The notes beneath the pieces are model-generated. The model saw nothing but the letters and a program-made list of their open reading frames with translations, was not told the DNA's origin and did not search any database. Shown piece by piece: positions 49,346 through 61,901 of a stretch of 64,000 nucleotides of DNA. This DNA comes from Octopus bimaculoides (Eukaryota): positions 96,446,490-96,510,489 of the forward strand of contig NC_068985.1 in the NCBI RefSeq assembly GCF_001194135.2, written 5' to 3'. Position 1 is the stretch's first letter. The number at the start of each line of letters is the position of its first letter. A program made the translations under genes and the position numbers.

Positions 49346-52300
49346 TCACTCAAAGATCGATAAAAAAAAATGTTTCCAATAATTTAGGTAGCTTTTCAAT
49401 TTTCGGTTCAAATCTTGTTCGAGCCAGCTTCAACCTTCTGGGACTGTGTCAATATAATATGGCACCAAATAAGGAACCTATTCTACAATTTCAAAAGCAC
49501 CGGAAAAACAATGCCTTGCAATATTTTCTTTCAGTGTTTTACATCCCGAGTTCAAATCCTGTCAAAAGTCAACACTGCTTTTCATCTTTTCGAGGTCGAT
49601 AAAATAACGCCTCGACTACCACGTCTCCTTTAGCATTCACATCAGTAGCAGAGGTACTCAACCGTTCTCCCCACCACCTGTGGACGCCTTCAGAACGTAT
49701 TTCACTCGGGTGAACTCTCAAAGCTATTCCATGTTTACTCTCTTTTACTTGTTTCAGTCATTTGACTGTGGCCATGCTGGAGCACCGCCTTTAGTCGAGC
49801 AAATCGACCCCAGAACTTATTCTTTGTAAGCCTGGTACTTATTCTATTGGTCTCTTTTGCCGAACCGCTAAGTTACGGGGACGTAAACACACCAGCATCA
49901 GTTGTCAAGCGATGCTGGGGGGACAAACACAGAACCAAATCATTGCTCATAAACCATGGCAACTAAATCTTATATAGACGCCCCAGGGATTATGTGGACT
50001 CCGTTAGAGAACCACTGGCCTAAAGTGTTGCATTTGGAGTTTCTTTTCAGTGGGGTTAAAACAAGGGCAGCGTTGAATGAAGTGCTTTGTTCAAGGACAG
50101 AATGCGCTGCTCGGTCTACGGATGGAACACGCAGCATTACGACGACGAGTCTGATACTAAACCACATTAGGGCACGAATCTTCACACACACAAACGTGTG
50201 TGTGTGTGTTTATACGCTGTGTATATATTTGTGTGTATGTGGGAGGTTGATAAGATCAACCCAAAAATAATTAACTTAAGTATTTTAGTAAATATGGAGA
50301 GCTTATTAAAATACTTAAATTAGTGGAGTGTGTGTGTGTGTGTGTGTGTACACATATATATACAATCATACACGCACACACATAGGCGGGAAATGAAGGC
50401 GCTTGAAATGTGAATTCGAGACGCACCTTAGATTAAAACATTATTTTTGTGTGTGTGTAAAAAGAAAGAGAGGTGAGGCTAGTAGGTTGAGATCTCTCAC
50501 TTGCAATATATTGTGACATAAGAATAAGGAAGAAATAAAAGGGGGGGACCCGGGTCTCCCACCCACCCCCGCTCGATATAAACTACAATTAAAGAAAGTC
50601 TGTCTCTTGATGGTGGGGTACAACTTAAGGCATTGATGNNNNNNNNNNNNNNNNNNNNNNNNNNNNNNNNNNNNNNNNNNNNNNNNNNNNNNNNNNNNNN
50701 NNNNNNNNNNNNNNNNNNNNNNNNNNNNNNNNNNNNNNNNNNNNNNNNAAAAGCTTGCTTCCCAACCACATGGGTTTTGGGTTCAATCCCACTGCATGGT
50801 ACCTTAAGACAAGTGTCTTGTACTGAAGCCCGAGGCTGGCCGAAACATTGAGTGGACTTGGTAAACGGAAACTGAAATAAGCGCGCGTGCGCTGCCTATA
50901 TATATATCCAAATTAAGGGCTATAATATGCGATACCAACTAACACTGCATGCAGTTTCTTCTTACTGTAAGGGGCCGTTTCTTCCTTTAATGACTCAACA
51001 GTTAAGTCATGTCTGATAGATGGTTATGCGAAACTTAGGTAACAGCACTAAAAGCTTTCAGTTCCTGGATGCATGTGGTGTTCGAATTCTTCGCTTTAGG
51101 GGCTGATAGGTCTCAGCAATGATAATGCAAGGTCCACTACGGAAAACTGACGTTGAATTTAATTTTGAAAACCTAAATAAATATATCGTTTCTGAAATTC
51201 CTCCGGAGGTGCGGATGGATTTGTCATTTACCCGGGTGTTTTTTTTAGTCGCCAAAAATTCACCACCACCACAACTCTTATTACTACTACTACTACTACT
51301 ACCACTACCAACAACAACTACGAACCTATATGTCCTGTTATTTCTATGACTTCACCAATTTAATGGTGATGAAATAATCACACAACTGACACAATTACGT
51401 TCAAGTACATGTCATATATGCACTCTAATCTATATTGTTTAAATCAGGGGTTCGTTTACGTATGGACCCCCCCCCCTTTGATTTCTATTTTAGTTGGGTG
51501 GACCCTAATAACCATTTGATACACTCTTTTACTTGTTTTAGTCATTTGACTGCGGCTATGCTGGAGCACTGCCTTTAGTCGAACCGCTAAGTTACGGGGA
51601 CATCAACACATCAGCATCGGTTGTCAAGTAATGCTAGGGGAACAAACACAGACACACATTTATATATATATACATATATACGACGGGCTTCTTTCAGTTT
51701 CCGTCTATCAAATCCACTCACAAGGTTTTGGTCGGCCCGAGGCTATAGTAGAAGACACTTGCCCGAGATGCGTCTGTTTAAAATCTTTATATTTTTGTGG
51801 TGAAAGAGTAAAGCAGGGTTCGCCACCATCACCACCCCAATCGGACCCTGGTGGAGCTTTAAGTGCTTTCGCTCAATAAACACTTACAGCACCCGGCCTG
51901 GGGATCGAAACCGCGATCCTACGACTGCGAGTCCGCTGCCCTAACCACTGGGCCATTGCGCCTCCACTGTTATATCTACATATATAATACTAATATATAC
52001 ATATAACAACAAACAATTGTTTCACCAAAACTAGAGATATGACGTAAAGGCGGAGAACAAAAGTACAAACACGGGTAGCAGCAGCAGCAGCAGTAGTAGT
52101 AGTAGCAGTAGTTTATTGTTGTTTACAAGTGTGTGTGTTGTTTGTGTAAGTGCATAAGGCTAAATTGAAGCGCGTTACTGTGTGAATGATGGGGGAGTGG
52201 GGTGGGTTGAAAGTTTGTGTTTAATGACGACGCAACACAGGATTCATTGTGTCTCCCTTCTGAAACGATAGAAACACCCACAACCACACAGATGAAGATG

Positions 52301-52627
52301 TGTTCCATTCAAATACAAAAACTGAAGCCTGAACCTAGAAATCACAAAATACCAGCCACCAAGACCGTTTATACACGTGCGTGTGTGTGTGTGCGTGCGC
52401 GTGCATGTGGGAGAGTACGTGTACGCATGCGTGTATAGAAAGGAGAGACAGAGGAGAGAGTATGTGGTGGTAATATCTTTTTACATGATTTCAACCATTT
52501 GACGATGGCCATGCTGGAGTGTACCACCGAGAATTTTTTAGTCGAATGAATCAACTCCAGTAATTGGTACTGGTTCTATCGGTCGATTTTGCCGAACCGC
52601 TAAGTTATGGGATGTACACACAAACAA

Positions 52628-52658
<31 letters not shown>

Positions 52659-52944
52659 AACATACGACGGGCATCTTTCAGTTTTCGTCTACCAAAGATT
52701 CCTGTCCGAGACTATTGTAGAAAAAACATTTGCCTTAGGTGCTACACGGTGGAACTGAACCTGGAACTACATAGTTTGGAAACAAGCTTCGTAACACACA
52801 GTCACACCGCTTTCTACGCTGGCACATGCCGGATGCATCGACAAAATCTAACTCCTCCGCTTTGGAACGGTTTCTACAGTTGGGTGCCCTTCTAAATGCT
52901 AACCACCTTTTCTAATCAATTCTCTATATATTTTTCCTTTTCTG

Positions 52945-52986
52945 TCGCTCTTCTGATGAAGGACTAGCGTCCGAAACGTCAGAACT
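52945..52986 (+). ncRNA. Minimal type I hammerhead ribozyme motif (Penelope-associated type)
   Basis: CTGATGA(52953-52959)-A-GGAC/TAGC/GTCC stem-loop II-GAAA-C-GTC (cleavage triplet 52978-52980). Stem I is imperfect (GCTCTT/AGAACT). Confidence 0.6.
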
Positions 52987-53633
52987 CTCCGTCTTGTGTG
53001 AGCTCTTCTTCCACCGTCAAAGACGCAACAAATAAATCAGCCCCTTCATTATTAAAGCTCACATACTGGGTCAAACATATTTTTCACCTTGAACCCTTTT
53101 TATTCCTATTTTACACAGGTGGGACCCTTACAGCCTGGAAGAAAAATCTTATCTGGACCCTCAAAAGTCATATGAAACCCCGATTGAGAACCGTTACTCT
53201 ACAGCCTCGATCTCAAACTTGCTGAACTTATATGAGAATGAACGAAGCATTTTAGATAAATAACTGAAAATACTCCCCCTCCAAATTTGTAATTACTCGG
53301 GTGTAATTATCACGTAACCATTTTTCTCTCACCGCCACCAGCACTACATCACCCCGTCAACAAACAATTAGACTGCTAGATAATTAAGAAAATATCTCCT
53401 GTTGAGATTAGTAGATCCGTAACAGACACTGCCTTTAATCTCTTTCTCTCGATAGGCTTCCACGCGGTTTCCGCTTACGAAATTCGCTCGCAAAGGCATT
53501 AGCTGGCCTGGGGCTATAGAAGAAGGCATGTATGTACCCTAGGCAACGCGCAGTGGGACTGAACCAACCCAAAACCCCATTTAACCACACACACACACAC
53601 ACGCAAATTACATAAAAAAGATAAGATGGAATT

Positions 53634-53664
<31 letters not shown>

Positions 53665-55160
53665 GGAGAGAGAGAGATTTTATCGATAAAAGCACATATA
53701 ATGGTCGCGCAAATTGAAAGTTCAGACGGCATAGATAATAGTATATAGTCTAATTACACACACGCACGCGCGCGTGTGTGCGTGTTTGTGCTGCACAAAA
53801 GTATGATGATACTGTAAACAGAAGGCTGCGAATCAGCAATCAAAAAACCTCTCCGTCAGTCCAAATGCAATAATATATTTCTATTGTTTCCAGCCGTATG
53901 AGAGCTCGTCAGCCAAATGCACTCTTTAAAATGAATCTTATGTTTAGCTCCAGATCACTCATAGACAAGGATAACTACAGGAAAAACGTTCTTAGTTGTA
54001 AACATCAAATCTTAATATCTTAGAAGTTATGCGATAAATAAACCGTGGCTCGCGAGACTTTCTGAATAACATGGCGACGAAAAAACATTAACTTTGAATT
54101 TATTATTTTTTAGTAATGAGTTCTGCTTGAAGACGAGTCATGACTATTGTGGCCCGCTTCACGAAAATGGCTGCCAATGCTGAAACAAAAAGATTTTTAA
54201 ATGCATGGAAGACTCGGCTGTTGTTTCTTCTTGTAGGGTCAAGTGACTACATGGAGAATATTTTAGTTGATTCGGCCTGTGTCAAGGGATATTTTTGAGG
54301 ATCTGGGCCTGTCGAAACGAAGGTAAAACTGCTAGATCGACAGACTATAATATATTGTACGTTGTAAGCGTACACACACACACGTGTGCTCTTTTTCTTG
54401 TTCTACTATAAGCTCTCTTTCTCTCTCGTATATAATAAACACACCACACACATACATACATACATCAAATAAGTGTTAAGCAGACAGGACAGGGGACACG
54501 CACACACATACATGACACATTGGTGAAAGTTATGGTACATCCGGTCGGTCCCCCTTCTACGCCGCTTCACCTCTCCTCCCCTCGCACCAGATATTATACA
54601 CTAAATGTTGTAAAAGGGACAGAAGAAGAAGGTGGTTACGAGAAGCAACCTTCAAATATCTCGACTACACACGCTACAGCTTATATCATTACAGTACAAG
54701 CAACAGGTTTGTATCTCACCGTCTCTGGTCTCTCCCCCCTCTCTCTCTTTAACTATCTCCAACTCCCTCCCCCTCTCTTATCTCTCGCCATTTACTGTGT
54801 GGATGTATAGAAGGTGGCGGTGGCAGTGTTGATGGCCCTGATACTGGATGGATGGTGGTGGTGGTGGTGACAGCTGGCCCTGAAACTGGATAGCGATGAT
54901 TGTGATGGTATATGTTAAAACCTAAGTTAGTAAGCAAGCAATGATTGCTGTTTGCTTGGGAGATCTGTCAGCTATTGTTTCTAGCAGATGAAGAGACTCT
55001 TTCCACAGTGATAGTTCTAGAAAGAAACTGTATATAACAATACTTACAATGAAACTAATTACACACACACACACACACACACATATAAGTATATATATAC
55101 ATATGTATATTCACACACGCATGCATATATATATATATAGGTTATGCGTGAGTGATAAAT

Positions 55161-55191
<31 letters not shown>

Positions 55192-55879
55192 GTTGCGTGC
55201 GCAACAAAATAGATAGCAATTTGAGAGAGGGAAAGACAGGAGGGACAAAAAGAGAGAGAGAGTGGGGGTGAACTTGCCAGCTTCTCTCTAAGTGTTTAAA
55301 CAGATTTTTGGGTAGCCATGTCTAAAACCATACAAGCGACATCATTGATATACAGACACTATCACAACCACCACCACCACCACTGCGACTGCTACGTGTG
55401 TGTGAACATGACTGGAATAAAGGAGGCAGAGAGAGACACAGAGCAAATGTGTGAATGAATTAAAATATAGAAAAAAAAACGAGGACAGAGAAAAGGAGAT
55501 GGAAAGAAAATCTCATTGATACATTTTTTTGTGTTAAAGTCACTCACACACACTCACTTGTATACTTTTGTCGTGAAGCAAGTTGTACGTGTTAAAATTC
55601 AAAGATGACAGTGATCTCTGACTAAGCAAAAAAGCAAGCTAAAAGCGTTCTAGACGTGGCCGTCTCTGTTAATCATATTCTGTCGTCGTTTTCACGACAT
55701 AAGTTATCTAATTATTTCTTCATTTCGTTGTTTTAAGGTCGAGAGAAATCTGGCTATTATTTCTAGCAGGACGAACGACCATCTAAACTATCTCGTCTGC
55801 TCCTGTGTCTATCAGTCTATCTTTATGACTGTGTGTGTGTATAGATATACAGAGATAGATAAAGATATATATATATATA

Positions 55880-56215
55880 CAGGCGAAGGTGTGGCTGTGT
55901 GGTAAAAAGCTTGTCTGCATTTGTCTTCTTATTACCACTTGACAACCGGTGTTGGTGTGTCTACGTCCCCGCGACTTAGCAGTTTGGCTAAAAAGACAAA
56001 TAGAATAAATACCAAGCTTTACAAAAAATATGTGAATCACGATCTAAAACACCTCACCAGGGGGTGCTATTAAGTTAGACACGGCCTGGGCTTATACTGG
56101 CCGAAACCTAAATTATTCTAAGTACGGGGGTGGGGGTGGATTCATTCGACTAAAAATTCTCCGAGGTAGTGCCCCAGCATGGCCACAGTCTTATGACTGA
56201 AACCAGTAAAAGATA
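55880..56215 (+). mobile_element. SINE family A copy with internal deletion and insertion
   Basis: GGCTGTGTGGTAA head and CAGCATGGCCACAGTC..TGACTGAAAC tail. Confidence 0.75.
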
Positions 56216-56217
56216 TG

Positions 56218-56244
<27 letters not shown>

Positions 56245-56248
<4 letters not shown>

Positions 56249-56630
56249 GTTAATGCAGAATCGCACCTCTCCTTGAAAAATGCATTATTTAAAAAAAAAA
56301 AAATTTTCGGATTCCTACATTTTCGATGTCGGAGATTACGAATATGCCCTCCCACCAGAAGCCTTTTCAAATTTCACCCCCTTTTCTTCCTCNNNNNNNN
56401 NNAATTTAAAATCCCCACGTCAACTTCTCCTACCCCCAAATTCTGTTTTCAAATTTCACCCCCGGCCTCTCCGTTCAAAATTTAAAATTTGGAGTGGGGG
56501 AAATTTGAAAAGGTGGGGTTTTTCTTTATAGCATATCCGTAATCTCCGACATCTAAAACGTAGGAATCCGGAAAAAAAAAAAATGTTTTAATTGCATTTT
56601 TCAAGGAGGTGCGATTCTTGCATTAGCCCC
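56245..56630. mobile_element. Foldback MITE with ~130-bp TIRs (Kolobok-like termini)
   Basis: Left GAGGGTTAATGCAGAATCGCACCTCTCCTTGAAAAATGCA...GGATTCCTACATTTTCGATGTCGGAGATTACG mirrors the right end. Termini are purine-rich with degenerate TTAA-like flanks. Confidence 0.75.
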
Positions 56631-57300
56631 TGAGCTAATAAGCCCATGGCTAATGAGCTCGCTTTGTTACATGGTTTCCGGTTCAATACCACTGCGCGGC
56701 ACATTGGGCAGGCGTCGGCTATGGCCTTGAACTTACCAATAACTTGTGAATGAATTGGGTAGACAGAACCTGTTGAAGCTCACCGTATACGCGCGCTTTG
56801 AAATCTTAGCTAAAATAAAAGGCGGGAAAATCAGAGCGCGTTGTTTAAACCACGTTGGAACAGTGAGAGAGACAGAATATAAACCAGATCAAAACCAAGA
56901 CTGGGAAGGAATACGATAAAAGGGAATCGGACACATCAAAACTCAAAGAACTGTCCTCTGTCCTCTCTCCTCGCACCACCACCACCACCACCGTGGGCGC
57001 AAAAGCCAGTTGCGTGTGTTACAAGTGGTAGGGAGAAGATGAGACGTGACTTAAAAGTTTTTTTTGTGAATGAGACAGCAGCTGTTGTGTAGCTTCAGTT
57101 GCAGGGCGACAACTGGCTGTGTACAAAGACGTTTTTACTATAAATGTATGTATACATCTATGTGTGTATGTTTACAAGTCATTCACAGTCATAGATTTCG
57201 CTGCTGGCTACAAACCATTTACATTAAATGAATGAAGCTAGCTAATATATATACAGGGAGAAAGTGGAAAATTTTAATCTTGAGATATTCACTTTTATAT

Positions 57301-57608
57301 GTTGTTGGCATTCCGTCAGTTGCGACGTCGAGGGTTCCAGTTGATCCGATCAACGGAACAGCCTGCTCGTGAAATTAACGTGCAAGTGGCTGAGCACTCC
57401 ACAGAAATGTGTACCCTTAACGTAGTTCTCGGGGGAGATTCAGTGTGACAAAGCTGGCCCTTTAAAATACAGGTACAACAGAAACAGGAAGAAAGATGCG
57501 GTGAGAGAGTACAGCAGGGTTCACCATCACCCCCTGGTCTGGGAATCGAAACTGCGATACTACGACCGCGAGTCCGCTGCCCTAACCACTGAGCCATTGT
57601 GCCTCCAC
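57301..57608 (-). mobile_element. SINE family D copy
   Basis: Reverse complement of 1629-1990 with an internal deletion. Confidence 0.85.
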
Positions 57609-59241
57609 AATATATATTAATGCTTGTTTTTAAGATCGGTTAAAGTAACAATGTTACATTAATCTGATGGGTGACTTCATTCTTCTATTTGTTTCAGTCA
57701 TTTGACTGCGCCCATGCTGGAGCACCGCCTAGGAGACATACATACATACATACTATATANNNNNNNNNNNNNNNNNNNNNNNNNNNNNNNNNNNNNNNNN
57801 NNNNNNNNNNNNNNNNNNNNNNNNNNNNNNNNNNNNNNNNNNNNNNNNNNNNNNNNNNNNNNNNNNNNNNNNNNNNNNNNNNNNNNNNNNNNNNNNNNNN
57901 NNNNNNNNNNNNNNNNNNNNNNNNNNNNNNNNNNNNNNNNNNNNNNNNNNNNNNNNNNNNNNNNNNNNNNNNNNNNNNNNNNNNNNNNNNNNNNNNNNNN
58001 NNNNNNNNNNNNNNNNNNNNNNNNNNNNNNNNNNNNNNNNNNNNNNNNNNNNNNNNNNNNNNNNNNNNNNNNNNNNNNNNNNNNNNNNNNNNNNNNNNNN
58101 NNNNNNNNNNNNNNNNNNNNNNNNNNNNNNNNNNNNNNNNNNNNNNNNNNNNNNNNNNNNNNNNNNNNNNNNNNNNNNNNNNNNNNNNNNNNNNNNNNNN
58201 NNNNNNNNNNNNNNNNNNNNNNNNNNNNNNNNNNNNNNNNNNNNNNNNNNNNNNNNNNNNNNNTTTTTTTTTTTTTTTTCAAATTCTATTCGCATATGTA
58301 GATATATCTTTACGACATACACGTGCTTAGAGACAGGTTTTGGGCATGTACAGGCATGTGTCATGCTTAAGTCGGATGTACAAGCAAGAGAGCGAGGGTA
58401 CCCTCAACGTTTATTCCCAAGCAAGAGAGCGAGGGTACTCTCAACGCTTATTCCCAGATAGTGAAGTTCACTCCGGTCGTTCAACCCATGAGCTTCTCTC
58501 ATGTGAGAGATTGGCCAAGGCGAACGAATGGTTAAAACTGTCTTCCCCGGTGAAGGAAGTCTCACAATGGCACTGGAGATGATTAAATAAAAACCCAAGG
58601 GAGGAGCGCAGAACATCTGACCAGATTACATCCAAATTCTGCTATATTTATTGAATATTTTTGTTTTATCCTGCTTATATATTTTACACACACACACACC
58701 ATGTTGAACCGTTAATACCGACACATTTTCTTTCTCTCTCCGCTCCCCCCTCTCAGTCCTTTCCGTTAAAGAGCGTGGGCTCGAAACGTCGAAGACTTCC
58801 TTATTCTTCCCGAGCCTACACTTGTTTTGTTGTTCGTTCATCTGTCTTCGTCATTTGCTTTCTTTAAATTTGAAATANNNNNNNNNNNNNNNNNNNNNNN
58901 NNNNNNNNNNNNNNNNNNNNNNNNNNNNNNNNNNNNNNNNNNNNNNNNNNNNNNNNNNNNNNNNNNNNNNNNNNNNNNNNNNNNNNNNNNNNNNNNNNNN
59001 NNNNNNNNNNNNNNNNNNNNNNNNNNNNNNNNNNNNNNNNNNNNNNNNNNNNNNNNNNNNNNNNNNNNNNNNNNNNNNNNNNNNNNNNNNNNNNNNNNNN
59101 NNNNNNNNNNNNNNNNNNNNNNNNNNNNNNNNNNNNNNNNNNNNNNNNNNNNNNNNNNNNNNNNNNNNNNNNNNNNNNNNNNNNNNNNNNNNNNNNNNNN
59201 NNNNNNNNNNNNNNNNNNNNNNNNNNNNNNNNNNNNNNNNN

Positions 59242-59565
59242 GCCTTTAGACGAGCAAATCGACCACCAGGACTTATTCTTTGTAAGCCTAGTACTTGTTC
59301 TATCGGTCTTTTTTTTTTCCGAACCGCTAAGTTACGGGGACGTAAACACACCAGCATCGGTTGTCAAGCGATGTTGGGGGGGGGGGAACAAACACATATA
59401 TATACATATACATATATACGACGGGTTTCTTTCAGTTTCCGTCTACCAAATCCACTCACAAGGCTTTGGTCGGCCCGAGGCTATAGTAGAAGACACTTGC
59501 CCAAGGTGCCACGCAGTGGGACTGAACCCGGGACCATGTGGTTCGTAAGCAAGCTAACCACTCCT
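59242..59565 (-). mobile_element. SINE family A copy (others at 8478-8815, 14530-14850, 35551-35850, 49742-49932, 51528-51768, 52485-52805, 60300-60505)
   Basis: Reverse complement of the family A consensus. Confidence 0.88.
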
Positions 59566-61246
59566 ACGCCTATATATATTAACTATTTATTAATTTATTT
59601 TTAATAACATATTTATCTATACAATGAATGTGTGTATGTATGTATGTATGTATGTACACATACCTACGCCTACACAATCTTAAAATACGAGTGGTGCTGG
59701 AAAGATTATTCAAAATACGGAAGTGGGAGAAAGACAAGATTAATACAAGACGCACACAAACACACACTCTATGTGGCCTCTATCTGCCTGTGTATGTGTG
59801 TATGCATGTATCTATGTATGTGTATGTGTGTTGTGTATTGAGAGGGCTATTTGATGATTTTCAGCTGCACACCACATTTGTACCTGGATATCATCGGTCA
59901 CGTGGTCGCCCGATTTGAGAGGAAACGTGACAAGTCTTGTCTCCCAAGGGAAGTCATAGAGGCTGGCTGACAATAGAGGAACTGTCTTGCGTATTGCAGC
60001 CACTGTCACTAACACACACACACACACTTCAACATATTTTCACACTATCATACACTCATCGGGATCTTTAAACAATATTCTATTTTTACTTCATACAACA
60101 TACATTTTGTGTGGGTGTTCACACACACACACACACACACACACATTACATAGACACTCATCCATATTCATACAAGTACACATACACACTGCCTTGAAGA
60201 ATTTTTATCGAACGAGTCGACACAAGTGCTTATGTTTTAGAAGTCGGGTACATATTCTGTCGGACACTTTCGCCGAACAGGAACGTTTACACAACAACAC
60301 CGGTTCTCAAGCGGTGATGAGGGACAAAAACAGACACAAAGACTCACACATATATATATGACAAGCTTCTTTCAGTTTCCGTCTACCAAATCCACTCACA
60401 AGGCTTTGGTCGGCTCGAGGCTACAGTAGAAGACACCTGCTCAAGGTGCCACGCAGTGGGACTGAACCCGAAGCCATGTGGTTGTGAGACAAGCTTCTTA
60501 CCATACACACATTTATATATCACACTTGGTTTTGGGGATTGAAAATACACCCGAGTTTTTAAAACGTGGTAGTTATTAAATTTTGAATTGAATTTTTCCA
60601 TTAAGAATTCTAGGTTCGAGTTGATTTCTTGTAGTTTATACAGGATTTNNNNNNNNNNNNNNNNNNNNNNNNNNNNNNNNNNNNNNNNNNNNNNNNNNNN
60701 NNNNNNNNNNNNNNNNNNNNNNNNNNNNNNNNNNNNNNNNNNNNNNNNNNNNNNNNNNNNNNNNNNNNNNNNNNNNNNNNNNNNNNNNNNNNNNNNNNNN
60801 NNNNNNNNNNNNNNNNNNNNNNNNNNNNNNNNNNNNNNNNNNNNNNNNNNNNNNNNNNNNNNNNNNNNNNNNNNNNNNNNNNNNNNNNNNNNNNNNNNNN
60901 NNNNNNNNNNNNNNNNNNNNNNNNNNNNNNNNNNNNNNNNNNNNNNNNNNNNNNNNNNNNNNNNNNNNNNNNNNNNNNNNNNNNNNNNNNNNNNNNNNNN
61001 NNNNNNNNNNNNNNNNNNNNNNNNNNNNNNNNNNNNNNNNNNNNNNNNNNNNNNNNNNNNNNNNNNNNNNNNNNNNNNNNNNNNNNNNNNNNNNNNNNNN
61101 NNNNNNNNNNNNNNNNNNNNNNNNNNNNNNNNNNNNNNNNNNNNNNNNNNNNNNNNNNNNNNNNNNNNNNNNNNNNNNNNNNNNNNNNNNNNNNNNNNNN
61201 NNNNNNNNNNNNNNNNNNNNNNNNNNNNNNNNNNNNNNNNNNNNNN

Positions 61247-61277
<31 letters not shown>

Positions 61278-61870
61278 GTACGTAATAAGAAATGTGGTCA
61301 TATTGGCTTAACAATATAAACTTCAGATTGTTTTGAATTTGAAAACAAACTTCACAACTCGTAATTAACGGACAAGTAATTAAGTTCTAAAGTTTTGCTC
61401 AATGCCAGTATTAAAACAGTTTTTTTTTTCTGAAGAGAGAGAGAGACTGAGAGAGACTTTGGGTTTATATCCTGTAAGTCAATTACTTTACTGGAGATAA
61501 TGAAATGAATGTAATTGGTTTGGAAATTTTATATTTAATCACCTTTCAGATTTATTGCGATGCAAAATTGAACTTAGCCAATAAAAACTTCGCAATATCT
61601 AACATGTTCTGTTCATGTGAATGAGTGCGTGTGGAAATGAGAAATATGCGCGGTAGAGTTTTATTCGTAGAAACGAAACGAAGGTTTCAATCCATCTGTC
61701 TCGACCAATAAAATTTCCAAATCTATCGTCGCCATTATTTTCACTGAACACATCTTTGATCGCTGTATATTTCTATACATTTGAATTGAAATGCTTTTGT
61801 TCGTCTAACCCTCATGTATTGTTTGTTTGTCTCTTGCTTGGCTCATAACCTTACTCATGTTATTTTATAC

Positions 61871-61901
<31 letters not shown>

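Noticed and set aside
58381-58454. Direct repeat resembling a CRISPR repeat
   Set aside because: Two adjacent copies with no spacer, eukaryotic context and no cas genes.
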